Source: Octopus bimaculoides
Taxonomy: Eukaryota
Assembly: GCF_001194135.2 (NCBI RefSeq)
Contig: NC_069002.1
Span: forward strand, 33,991,049-34,055,048
DNA length: 64,000 nt
Direction of reading: 5' to 3'
The notes beneath the pieces are model-generated. The model made no database searches. It saw only the letters and a list, made by a program, of their open reading frames with translations, and was not told where the DNA came from. Shown here piece after piece: positions 36,800-50,129 of the stretch (positions within the stretch are counted from its first letter, which is position 1; every line of letters begins with the position of its first letter). The position numbers were made by a program, and so were the translations under genes.

Positions 36800-36917
36800 C
36801 AATACCGGAAATTACTTTCCCTCTGAGCTGTCATTCAATTTCCTCGTGGCAGGTGTTTGTCTTTCACAACGGTACGAAGTCACTGGAACGGTTCAACTCT
36901 CACACAACCACGCACAT
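36800..36917 (+). CDS. Candidate internal exon, phase-compatible with 35366-35453
   Basis: TTTCTAACAG acceptor, AT|GTAAGA donor, open frame (T)IPEITFPLSCHSISSWQVFVFHNGTKSLERFNSHTTTH; a second frame is also open. Confidence 0.25.
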
Positions 36918-37634
36918 GTAAGAGATGACACCCTAAATGATATCAGTTAACAGTTTGCTGCATCTACATTGGTAGATAAAATCATAACTTAATCTATCAT
37001 GACTCGTAACACGAATTTGGGTAAACGCTTTAAGTAGTTGTTATACTGAATTATATACGGCCAACAGTGTTAATCGCTAAAAGGTTATATATTTCTTTTT
37101 TGTTTGAGGAGAATAGCGATATAAATCTGAGGATTTAATTATTAGACCCTTTCAAACAATAAAAAATGATGATTCGGAGACATTAAGACCGACTCTATAC
37201 CATTAGGTTTTATCTTATATACTCTGCGAAAAAAATACCAGTTCGATTATAAACGTAAGGAACAGATTTAATAAGACTTCGATTTGTTAGATATCACAAG
37301 CTCAGTATATTCTAAAAATTACCTTGTTGATTAATAAACAAGGAGTATAATATGTAGATAAATAGTGTCATGAATAACCTTTGGATAGAATATGTTTTAA
37401 GGTAACAATCAAAATAAAGTATGTCAAATAAGCGAAATGAACCAATGTTACGGATTTCCTTAGAGACAGGCCTAATATTCCGAACATCATGCCGAACTGA
37501 TAGTATATATATATATATATATATATATATNNNNNNNNNNNNNNNNNNNNNNNNNNNNNNNNNNNNNNNNNNNNNNNNNNNNNNNNNNNNNNNNNNNNNN
37601 NNNNNNNNNNNNNNNNNNNNNNNNATATATATTA

Positions 37635-38445
37635 CGAGCAGAAATACCTGGTGTTGTCCGGATTAAAGAAATGCCATCTAGATTACGCAGGTCTAAGCTG
37701 CTAGTAGTTGAGAGACCAACTTTCTACATTAAAAACTCTGCAACACATGCCAGTATGAAAACGTTTTCAACTTCTATAGGTATATGAAGTAAATACACGT
37801 AATTCAAAAACATGTTTTGTCTAACTTATTTCGTAACCAAAAAACAGGTACAAATTATAAACAATGAAAGGCCAAGCGTAGAGTACACTCACACACACAA
37901 ACAGACAGCGAATATATAACGTTATTGTTTCACTTTTATACACAGATATATATTCACGCATTTCAGTCGAAAAGTGGAAGTGTCATAGTTATACTTGCTT
38001 TGAAACACAATGGTTTTACACTTCTGTATATGACATGGGCCTACTATTCATGTAAGTGCTTCTTCATATACTGTGTTTTCTGTCTTGCCATATTTATCAC
38101 TGAAAATGTAGAGGCCCTTTTCATCTCCAATTCTAGAAAATCCACATACAGCTGACCATGTGAAAAGCAAGGTTGAAGGAGGTTAAGTGCCACCACCTTT
38201 AGAGATTGATCTTGTGCTTTGATGATAGACATTGCAAAACTAATTTTGACAGGAACCTGCAGTCTCTTGAACTGAAAAGGGAGCTAATTTGAGATGTGAA
38301 AACTTAAACTTACGGTGAAAACAATATCGATTAAAGTTAATGGGAATAAAACAATGTCGTCTGAAAATTGAAACTGAAAACAATAGAAATTGAGATAGCG
38401 TGAGCGGTGGGCGACAGAGAGCTACTTAGTTAAACATACAAATAA
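37635..38445 (-). mobile_element. Short non-autonomous Helitron retaining the helicase C-terminus
   Basis: PFQFKRLQVPVKISFAMSIIKAQDQSLKVVALNLLQPCFSHGQLYV at about 38035-38290. Degenerate 3' GC-rich hairpin plus CTCG|T (from CTAG) at 37635-37661. The 5' boundary is approximate. Confidence 0.75.
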
Positions 38446-40244
38446 GAGAAATATAGATAGATAGCTATAGACTGATAAGATTTAGACATATAGATACAGA
38501 GAGATACAGAAATTGTGTATTAGGGAATCCCTCACTATACTTAGGTTGTTTGGGCCGAAAACTTTAAATAAATTCACTGAAGTGATCCCCTTCTGCAATC
38601 ATAGGTTTTCCTCCACTTTCTTGAAGGTATATAGAAATAAACATAGAAAATATAAATATAAATAAGATTATTTGTCTGCGTTGTCAATTTGAACTTTTTT
38701 TAAAAAAAGTTACGACGTGGACTAGTCTTACCTCTTGACTATATAAGCCTGTCATATAGAAAAAATAATTTCTTTGCATGTCCTGATGTTTGTTTGTAAT
38801 TGAGGAGGGGGTCATCACCGGATTGCACTATGACGTGTATGGTCTACGGTGGTGAACCTTTGAAATGGCCATTGGTGCTTGTGTGTTTTTTGACCAGTGG
38901 TTTTTATGAACTTTTGTAAGTTTTGTGACCAAAGACGGATTTTACCTATGGGAGTCTGCTGTTAATACGTGTACCTTGAGGTAAGTACAGGACTTTCCAA
39001 TATTACTTTAAATGATGTTAAATTATTTTTGTCATTTTAAAGATGTGTCATCAGATGGACTATTATTTTTTTTTATTTTACTTCATTTTATCTTCTTCTA
39101 TTTTGCTTTATTTGTCTATTTTGAATTTTTAGTCGCTTTATTTTATTCGAATTGAAATTATAAAAAAATGTATAATTTGATTTATTTGTATGTTATTAGT
39201 AGAAAAAAAAATATATATAAATTTCTATATTGTGCGTTTTATGTTGTATTTTATTTATTTATATATATTTTCTTATGTATTTGTGGACTTTGATGTATTT
39301 CTTATATATGACCGTTTATTGAGGGGACTGTTGTATGTTGAGTCGTTGACCCAAATGTAATGCTTTTATTCAGTAACTAATAATTTTTTTATCCCTGTCT
39401 CAATTAACTTGAGCACTTCTCTTGGCAGTCCTGTAAAAAACTAATTTGTTTCCTAATAAGANNNNNNNNNNNNNNNNNNNNNNNNNNNNNNNNNNNNNNN
39501 NNNNNNNNNNNNNNNNNNNNNNNNNNNNNNNNNNNNNNNNNNNNNNNNNNNNNNNNNNNNNNNNNNNNNNNNNNNNNNNNNNNNNNNNNNNNNNNNNNNN
39601 NNNNNNNNNNNNNNNNNNNNNNNNNNNNNNNNNNNNNNNNNNNNNNNNNNNNNNNNNNNNNNNNNNNNNNNNNNNNNNNNNNNNNNNNNNNNNNNNNNNN
39701 NNNNNNNNNNNNNNNNNNNNNNNNNNNNNNNNNNNNNNNNNNNNNNNNNNNNNNNNNNNNNNNNNNNNNNNNNNNNNNNNNNNNNNNNNNNNNNNNNNNN
39801 NNNNNNNNNNNNNNNNNNNNNNNNNNNNNNNNNNNNNNNNNNNNNNNNNNNNNNNNNNNNNNNNNNNNNNNNNNNNNNNNNNNNNNNNNNNNNNNNNNNN
39901 NNNNNNNNNNNNNNNNNNNNNNNNNNNNNNNNNNNNNNNNNNNNNNNNNNNNNNNNNNNNNNNNNNNNNNNNNNNNNNNNNNNNNNNNNNNNNNNNNNNN
40001 NNNNNNNNNNNNNNNNNNNNNNNNNNNNNNNNNNNNNNNNNNNNNNNNNNNNNNNNNNNNNNNNNNNNNNNNNNNNNNNNNNNNNNNNNNNNNNNNNNNN
40101 NNNNNNNNNNNNNNNNNNNNNNNNNNNNNNNNNNNNNNNNNNNNNNNNNNNNNNNNNNNNNNNNNNNNNNNNNNNNNNNNNNNNNNNNNNNNNNNNNNNN
40201 NNNNNNNNNNNNNNNNNNNNNNNNNNNNNNNNNNNNNNNNNNNN

Positions 40245-40289
<45 letters not shown>

Positions 40290-41264
40290 ATATCTACACA
40301 CATGTATATATGTATATATATTTGTATATATGTGCATCAGTGATTGATTGCCTAACTGTACGTATTTAACGCAATGTGTATATTTTTCTGCTTCTAATTC
40401 TGAGTATATAACGTAATATGTTTTATGTCAGCGAGTGCGTGATCTTTTGTTACTAATTTGTAAAAGTTACGCTAATATTTTCATTGTTAGGTCTATATTT
40501 ATATGAGAAACTTTCATGCAGCTCTGTTTTTCATCACTGCTCTACATTCGACTATTTCTACAAATCCGACTCGTTTTCGAATGATTGATGAATGTATTTT
40601 ACACACATGAATATATATGAACATACACACACACACACATAAATATATATATTTTATATATTTGTTTCGTAAGTACATGTATACGTATACATATATAAAT
40701 ATATAGAGACATTCATGTATCTTTATATATATATTATATATGATATATATTATATCCATATATATATATATATATATATANNNNNNNNNNNNNNNNNNNN
40801 NNNNNNNNNNNNNNNNNNNNNNNNNNNNNNNNNNNNNNNNNNNNNNNNNNNNNNNNNNNNNNNNNNNNNNNNNNNNNNNNNNNNNNNNNNNNNNNNNNNN
40901 NNNNNNNNNNNNNNNNNNNNNNNNNNNNNNNNNNNNNNNNNNNNNNNNNNNNNNNNNNNNNNNNNNNNNNNNNNNNNNNNNNNNNNNNNNNNNNNNNNNN
41001 NNNNNNNNNNNNNNNNNNNNNNNNNNNNNNNNNNNNNNNNNNNNNNNNNNNNNNNNNNNNNNNNNNNNNNNNNNNNNNNNNNNNNNNNNNNNNNNNNNNN
41101 NNNNNNNNNNNNNNNNNNNNNNNNNNNNNNNNNNNNNNNNNNNNNNNNNNNNNNNNNNNNNNNNNNNNNNNNNNNNNNNNNNNNNNNNNNNNNNNNNNNN
41201 NNNNNNNNNNNNNNNNNNNNNNNNNNNNNNNNNNNNNNNNNNNNNNNNNNNNNNNNNNNNNNNN

Positions 41265-41296
<32 letters not shown>

Positions 41297-41949
41297 GCAC
41301 ATCAGTTACACGTACACACATTTTAATATGTTGTGCTGGCAGTATGCAAATGTATGGAAGGCGAAGGAACAGAATTTTATTTGTTTCCCTTTCGCCGTTG
41401 CTTTCTTGCCGTTTGTAGATGCTTCATCATGTAAATTACATCGGTAATATATTTTAATTATATTTAGCTCCAAAATTTGACGCTTCTATTTTTAACAAAC
41501 CCTATATGTATACGTTTTTATACACGTATAAGTTTTCTCGTACTTTCGTACGTGTATTTCTCTCGCTCTTTCCTTGTCCCCCCTCTCTCTCTCTCACCCA
41601 CAAACTCTTCCTCTCCATCTATCTATCTATCTATCTGTCAAGCTTTCTGTCTCTCCATTTGTCGATTGGTCTATCTCCCTGCGTATCTCTCGATCTGTCT
41701 ATTAATCTCTCTGTGTATCTCTGTCTCTCTGTCTGTGTATCTATCTATCTACCTACCTGTCTATCTGTCTCTCCCTCTCTCTATATATATGTAATATGTT
41801 TATCTATCTATCTATCTATCTACCATTCTATTTATCTGCATAACCACCAATCTTTCTATCAAATTCATACGTGTACTGTATACATAACCACATGTATATA
41901 TGAATTTGCAGGTATATAAATATATACATGTATATTTATAATATATACA

Positions 41950-42125
<176 letters not shown>

Positions 42126-42529
42126 AAAATTATATATGTGAGTACATATACATTACCTGCATGTGCCTCTGTGTGTATGTATACATGCGTATATAAATTT
42201 AAACATGTATATGTATATAAATAGTGATAACAATACACACGCAGTAAGATGCGGACACACACACACATTATATATAATTCATTTACTTATATGCCGTACG
42301 TATCTGGCCAAGACAACCACCCGTTTGGTTTTTCTGAAGATAAGTGAGAAATAAATCTAATATAAATTTCCGTTGTTTGGACAAAATTGTTGTGTAGACA
42401 TGATCTCAGTGGTAGGGTTATGTACTCGGCTAATGATTGGTTTCCAGTCTTTATGTGCCGGTCCGAGTGGCATCGCGAGGGCATAATTCCAAGTTCAATT
42501 TGACCTTTCTCGAATAATGTTAAACTGCA

Positions 42530-43500
42530 CATTATGGTGGTGGCTCTGGTGATTGTGGTGTCTGTGGTCTTAGAGGTGGCGATAGTGGTGTTGGCTGAGA
42601 TGATGACGATGATGATGGTAAGGATGTTGATGATGGCATAGTGATGACGAGGATGATGCTGACGATAATGATGAAGATAATGATGATGATGACGATGATG
42701 ATGGTGATGTTCAAGACTACGATGATGATGACCATGATGATGGGGGTGATGATGTTCATGCAGACGGTTTCGATTATATGGACGGTGATGATGTCACTCA
42801 TGACGAGGATGCTGATGGTGATGAGTACGGTGATGGGCATGATGAAGATGATTTAGATAATAATGACAATGTTGATGGTAATGGTGATGATGCTGATGAT
42901 GATGATGATGACGTCGACGATGATCATGACGACGACGATGATGATGTTGATGGTGGTGTTAGTGAGGAGGAGAGTTGGTGAGGGTGTTGACGAAGGTGAT
43001 AATGGTGAAGATTGTGGTGGTGATAGCAATGTTTATTGTGATGCGGGCGATAAAATTCAGGACGAAATTGATGATGATGATGATGACCGCGGTGAAAGTG
43101 ATGACACTAATGATTGTAAAGGATCAATAAGACGCTGTTTTTAGACGCTGTGATATCCAAATGCCACCAAATCTTTCGAAAACTTCACACACATTTACAT
43201 CATTTATTTTCATTTATCATTATTTATTTTGCACTAAATCTTCCGAACCATGTATCATCATCATCATCTTCATCATTAATCATCCATACTAAAACCACCA
43301 CCACCACCACCTCTACCACCATCCTAACCATCATCCTCATCATCGTCGTCATCATTATCAATCATCGCCAGCAGAACCACCACCACCGTCGTCGTTATCA
43401 TCATCATCATCATTGCCATACATTATCACAATCACCATCGTCATTATCACCATTATCATCGACATTCGTCATCGTTCCTATCATTATTATTCTGATGATC
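42530..43500. repeat. Cryptic (GAT)n tract (42530-43140) followed by the complementary (ATC/ACC)n tract (43250-43500)
   Basis: Directly visible; frameshifts interrupt the Asp-rich frame. Confidence 0.85.
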
Positions 43501-43964
43501 GGCATTTTTCATCGTATCCTTATGATCGTTGAGGCCCTTGTATTAATCATTACGTGTTGTTTGCGGTTCCTTTTAATTTCATTAGTTTTTGCTGGGCGAC
43601 TTTTGACAGATGCTTTAGTGCTCCAGGATAAAATACGTGGCGCTATAAATTGCGACAATTCCTTATCTGAGTTCAATTACCAAAAGGATCAAATTGCATT
43701 TCACTTCTAAACGGCCATTTGTCAATGTTAACGATTACACAGACTTCCTCGAAACAACTGATACGAAGCTTAAATTCGAAACCGTTTTGCTTAGCTTACC
43801 TTTAGATTTGATTTACATTCATTATTCTCTTTGGCACACAAATCAAAAAAAACATTGTTAATTAATGGTGGTACATGCAATAGAGGCGAGGGTCTCTGCA
43901 CTTTTAGGCTTTTAAAGACCTCTAGAATTGATATTGATAACGTTTAACTTACTAGCTTAATGGT

Positions 43965-44117
43965 ATCATGCTGTGTGGTAAGAAATTAGCTTCCAAAACA
44001 CCTGGTTCCGAGTTTAGTCTCACTGCATGACATCTAGGCCAGGTGTCTTTATCTGTCATCGAGAGCCAACTAAAGCCTTCTGAATAGATTCAGTAGGCAG
44101 AAACTGGAAAAATGCGT

Positions 44118-44212
<95 letters not shown>

Positions 44213-44239
44213 CTTGTATTTCGGAAGGATCTTTTTTTT

Positions 44240-44271
<32 letters not shown>

Positions 44272-44430
44272 CTTCGTATTTCTTAGTGTATGCACATGCC
44301 TTTATCCTCAACATCCCTTGCCAACCAGTGATGTACGTGATGACAACCGGTGATGTATGTGTACGACCCTGTAACTTAGCGGTCAGTAAAAAGTGACCGA
44401 TACAATTGGTAGTCTAAGCGACTAAAGACA
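43965..44430 (+). mobile_element. SINE family A, diverged
   Basis: GCTGTGTGGTAAGAAATTAGCTTCC..GGTTCCGAGTT..GCAGAAACTGG, microsatellite core, then TGACAACCG..GTAACTTAGCGG..GACCGATA. Confidence 0.65.
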
Positions 44431-44439
44431 TATGTCCTC

Positions 44440-44770
44440 CAGAACACTATTATATTTCCCTGTTGTCTCGTACTGGAATTTCAAATACCCATCCAAGCCA
44501 GCCATCTGCATTTTATTGACAACTTAGTAAAATTCACATGGACATATGCGTAACTATCCATATCAATGCCCATGTCACACAGTGATTTGGATTCAGTGAG
44601 TGCAATCTGTCAGGAGCCAGCGTATCCTGGGATTAAACAGCATCTTTTTGTCGTCAACACACCAGTGTGTTACATCCGAATCCTGTTGCCGCTGCGCAAT
44701 ATTTCTAATATTCTGTATCCTAAAAGAATTTTGTATCATCTTTATAACAAGCAAGGATGGCTAACTTATA
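44440..44770 (-). mobile_element. CR1/L2-like reverse transcriptase relic
   Basis: CYKDDTKFF..IQNIRNIAQRQQDSD..KMLFNP (YADDTK..LQQDLD..NMQFN) and LCDMGIDMD..HVNFTKLSIKCRWLAW (RDLGI..HI....K). Confidence 0.6.
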
Positions 44771-45838
44771 AATTGTGGTCATGCCTAAGAAGGTAACTAT
44801 AAATGACTATAGTCGTAGGACAATTTACTTTTTATCACTTGTAATTGTTTGTTCTCCAAGTTTAGCCAGCTGTTATGGTAATATGAACGGAGTTGTGTAT
44901 TCAAATCTCTTACCTACAAATTTATACCTACACACACACACACACCCACACACACACACACCCACACACACACACACATGTAAACCAAAATGTATTGCGT
45001 ATGGCTGTCCTCTAAGAGACGACGATACTGCCATTTGATTTCGGGACGATATGTCTTGAGGCTGTTTTATTCAGTGTGGTTCTTGCACTCGGTATTTATA
45101 TTAATTGGGAGATAACTCCTGTCGCCCAAGCTTGAAGACCGCCAGGCCACGTGGTTTCAATCTGTATCTGATCTAGTGGGTATTCCTTGCAAGGCATGGC
45201 AGCACTTTACATCGCTTTTGACATATATAGAAAATACAGTGTCGTACAATCACGGATTTCCTAACTAGAAAGCCAGTCCGTTAGAAAATCTCTGTTGGCG
45301 ACGGAAGTTGTATACCAACCGAAAAGTACTGGTCTGGTTCTAGCGACTTGAATGTGGCTGTCTACTAAGACACAAAAGCACCACCATTTGACCTCAGGAA
45401 GACATCTCATGGCGTTAAGCATATATANNNNNNNNNNATATATGTATGTATACGTATTTGTGTGAATGTTTATAGAATAATATTTCAGTTGTAGAAAGTT
45501 TAAAAAATGGTCTGGTTTTCACGGTTTTTATTATGGTATTTTAACATTAAATAGCATTCTGTTATGCTCATAAATTTAAATTAGCGCCTTCAGGAATTTC
45601 AGCTATTATATATGACTTTTTCATTGAAAATAAAATAAGTACATACATACGTTCATACATAGGTACGTACGTACATACATAATACATACATACTGGATAC
45701 AAAATGCACACATACACACTGTCTAAATACTAATCTTGAGAAATTAGTCTTCTCAAAATCAGAAAGGAGAAAGCTAATTCGAAGACTATAGATCCAATCC
45801 ATTACTGGAACTGTAAAAATCCGTAAATATATATCTAT

Positions 45839-46001
45839 AGGTGCAAGAGTGGCTGTGTAGTAAGTAGCTTGCTTACCAGCCACAAGGTTCCGGGTTCAGT
45901 CCCACTGCGTGGCACATTGGGCAAGCGTCTTCTACTATAGCCTCGGGCCGACCAAAGTCTTGTGAGTGTATTTGCTAGACAGAAACTGAAAGAAGCCCGT
46001 C
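45839..46001 (+). mobile_element. SINE family A, 5' half, running into a gap
   Basis: Near-consensus head and body up to GAAACTGAAAGAAGCCCGTC. Confidence 0.85.
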
Positions 46002-46619
46002 ATATATCTGTATATATATATATANNNNNNNNNNNNNNNNNNNNNNNNNNNNNNNNNNNNNNNNNNNNNNNNNNNNNNNNNNNNNNNNNNNNNNNNNNNN
46101 NNNNNNNNNNNNNNNNNNNNNNNNNNNNNNNNNNNNNNNNNNNNNNNNNNNNNNNNNNNNNNNNNNNNNNNNNNNNNNNNNNNNNNNNNNNNNNNNNNNN
46201 NNNNNNNNNNNNNNNNNNNNNNNNNNNNNNNNNNNNNNNNNNNNNNNNNNNNNNNNNNNNNNNNNNNNNNNNNNNNNNNNNNNNNNNNNNNNNNNNNNNN
46301 NNNNNNNNNNNNNNNNNNNNNNNNNNNNNNNNNNNNNNNNNNNNNNNNNNNNNNNNNNNNNNNNNNNNNNNNNNNNNNNNNNNNNNNNNNNNNNNNNNNN
46401 NNNNNNNNNNNNNNNNNNNNNNNNNNNNNNNNNNNNNNNNNNNNNNNNNNNNNNNNNNNNNNNNNNNNNNNNNNNNNNNNNNNNNNNNNNNNNNNNNNNN
46501 NNNNNNNNNNNNNNNNNNNNNNNNNNNNNNNNNNNNNNNNNNNNNNNNNNNNNNNNNNNNNNNNNNNNNNNNNNNNNNNNNNNNNNNNNNNNNNNNNNNN
46601 NNNNNNNNNNNNNNNNNNN

Positions 46620-46657
<38 letters not shown>

Positions 46658-47395
46658 TATACAGATGTATGCATCAAGGATGAAGCTTAAAGAAAGAGTT
46701 TAAAAAATGTACAAAATGTACAAAAATGAAAACGTTTACTTCTAGTTGCAGGTAAAAGAACCATTCTATACTGAGTTTCCAGAAAAAAATATGGATATTG
46801 CAAACAGTGGTGATTAGGTCAACATAATCTCTAGATATCATTCACTATCAATATTGGATAAACATATTGATAAAAATGATATTATTTCGGATAAAGTTCC
46901 ACAGATTCATTTTGATATAACATATTTTGTTGTCACGTTCTTTCCAGTTAGATGACTGTATTGCTGCTGCTGTTGCTACAGCCGATTTTGTTGTTCTTCT
47001 TGTTGTTTCTGATAGTGTGCTGTCGTTTTTGCTACTCCTTCTTTCAATTTTTATTATGGTATTCCTTTCCATTTGGATCTCACTGTTTATATTGATGTCG
47101 TTGTTGTGCTTACTGCTGTTGTGGCTTGGTTTTATTTTTATTTTATTTTATTTTATTTGTTTCGTTTTTTCTTTGCTTGTATAAATATTAGGAATGTAAA
47201 CAAGAGGGAGATGACGATGCTTTCATCTCTCTCTCTTTCTCTCTCTCTCTCTCTTACTGCCTCTCTGTCTCTCTCCTTGTTTCTCTCCCCTTCTTTCTCT
47301 CTATGGGTATATATATATATTTATTTAATTATATATATATACATCTATATGTATATATTTGCGTGTGAGTACATACAAATACATTTATGCAAATA

Positions 47396-47444
<49 letters not shown>

Positions 47445-50053
47445 NNNNNNNNNNNNNNNNNNNNNNNNNNNNNNNNNNNNNNNNNNNNNNNNNNNNNNNN
47501 NNNNNNNNNNNNNNNNNNNNNNNNNNNNNNNNNNNNNNNNNNNNNNNNNNNNNNNNNNNNNNNNNNNNNNNNNNNNNNNNNNNNNNNNNNNNNNNNNNNN
47601 NNNNNNNNNNNNNNNNNNNNNNNNNNNNNNNNNNNNNNNNNNNNNNNNNNNNNNNNNNNNNNNNNNNNNNNNNNNNNNNNNNNNNNNNNNNNNNNNNNNN
47701 NNNNNNNNNNNNNNNNNNNNNNNNNNNNNNNNNNNNNNNNNNNNNNNNNNNNNNNNNNNNNNNNNNNNNNNNNNNNNNNNNNNNNNNNNNNNNNNNNNNN
47801 NNNNNNNNNNNNNNNNNNNNNNNNNNNNNNNNNNNNNNNNNNNNNNNNNNNNNNNNNNNNNNNNNNNNNNNNNNNNNNNNNNNNNNNNNNNNNNNNNNNN
47901 NNNNNNNNNNNNNNNNNNNNNNNNNNNNNNNNNNNNNNNNNNNNNNNNNNNNNNNNNNNNNNNNNNNNNNNNNNNNNNNNNNNNNNNNNNNNNNNNNNNN
48001 NNNNNNNNNNNNNNNNNNATATATATATAGGTATTTATGTATGTGTGTATATATATATAAACATACATAGATACCTGTATGCACATATTAATTTCTCCTT
48101 TCACGGTTTAGTTAATATTGAGGAATCGGATGTTGTTCTCATCGTTGCTCCATCTCTTGTTACTGTTATATTTACAGTCGTTTTTGTAAATGTTGGTTTG
48201 TTGTTGGCGCTGTTACCGGTAAGGTTTCTGGTAGTTCGTCGTTTATTTGTTTGCACGTGCTTATATGTATATTTATGATAACATGGTTGTTGTTGTTGCT
48301 TGTAATATTTGTTGTTTGTTTCTGCTTTTGATTTCCTTTCTGTTGTTGCTCTGATTTATTATTTTTTTTATTTCTTGTTCCTTCTTTTTTTTTTTTGGTT
48401 GTGATTGTTAATGGCGTTTCTGTTATGAATCATCTATGCAATGCTGAAAGTGCATTATTTAGCAGGAAATGTTTTAAAGGTTCATCAACATTGCTCCTGG
48501 AAAGAAAGACTGGGAGAATAAAAGGTCCAGGGAGAGTGTGTGTGTATGTGTGTATGAGAGAGAGAGAGAACAGAAGAGAGAGAGATAGAGATAAAACAGG
48601 AGAGAGAGAGAGACAGACAGACAGAGACACACAGAGAGGCAACAGACATAGAAGCGGAGACAGATATACACAGACCGAGAGAGAGAGGGAGACAGAGATA
48701 GAAATGGGGAGAGAGAGTGAGAGAAACAGAGAAGCGGAGAGAGAGAAAGGGTTGGTGTTGAGGAGATGAGAGAAATGGGCGGAAGAGGAAGTCAGAGAAA
48801 GGAAGAGGAAAGAGGAAGAGAAAGAATGACGTAGACCTCGGATGAGGGAAAAGAAAAGCGAGAACTTAAAGAATAGGAGAGATAATGTATTGCGCGAAGC
48901 CAGGAGGTTAAGTAAATAAGTGTATTAGTGTGTGAGTTCGTTGGGCTTTGTACTGTTTGAATGCGTGTGTGTGTGTGTGTGTGTGTGTGCTTAGAATCTA
49001 TGATCTGAACACATAGTAAGAGAAAGAGATTGTCAGATGTGCATTCAAAAATGAAGAAAGAATTCATAAATTAAGCGTTTATACGGAGAAGAGATAACAG
49101 CTACATATGGAATGCCATATATATCTGAACCTCGGAGTAAGGAGGATTTTGCATAAGTTCATGGTTTCGCACAAGCGCACTCATGCACGCACAAGTATAT
49201 CCACACACACACACACACACTTGTATGCATGTAGTGCCTTGCGTTGTTAACGCTTCGGTGGACCCGTAGTGGCTGGAGCATTGTAGACTTCAGAGGACCC
49301 TTCTTTCTCTGGCGCTAATCATTGTCCATTTAGTCCACGTGGACAGAAAGAAGAAGTCAGATATTAAATAAATATAGAGTTACGTAAAGGAGATCATCGA
49401 CTCCAGTAGAGCAACACAACTCTGTTGAGCACGAGATTGTTCAGTTCAGCTTGACAGCCAAAAGGAGAGTGAAAATGGAGATGACAGTAGTGTTATATGT
49501 ATGAAGTATTTGTAATTCTTCCTGCGTTAATCATTTTGTTTTTCGATTGAAGAATTCTTGTCTCAGCTCTTTTATTCTCTTCGTAGTAATGATATAGGCT
49601 ACTAGAAAGAATTTGTAGAATAACTTCGTTCAAACAGTTCCAGCCTTGTATTTATTTTATTCCGTAGCGAATAATATTTTTATTTCTCTTTTTACACGTC
49701 GTTCCTCTCGAGGATATCAATGACACAATCATTTAATATGCGGTATTTTAGTTTTAGTTTCTCTTAACTTGACAGTATCACACACTACAAGACATATAGT
49801 CACATACTTAGTAGGTTCTGTACCAGGTACACCTCAGCATCTACCTGAATGAATCAATTTCATCTTCGAGAATATTCTACGTTTCCAAATCAATATATCA
49901 TAAAGTTAGCCTTATAAAACCTGCAGGTGGTATAAACGAATGCTGATTCAGAGAAAAAAAAACGCTAATCATGTTCGCTGGAAACGAATCTATCTCTCGA
50001 GATCAGCTGGTGTTTTGCAAAGCTTTTGGTAAATGGAACAAGTTGAGCACTCA

Positions 50054-50095
<42 letters not shown>

Positions 50096-50129
50096 CTCTC
50101 CTGTGTGACTCTTCTGTCCGGCATTCGCC

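Noticed and set aside
38760-38990. Plus-strand segment ending in a GAG|GTAAGT donor
   Set aside because: The only stop-free option needs a weak AAG acceptor, and the context looks like an old LINE 3' region; not supportable either way
42778-42981. Asp-rich ORF resembling acidic biomineralisation proteins
   Set aside because: It lies within a cryptic (GAT)n tract, has no signal peptide, and the frame is broken by stops and shifts on both sides
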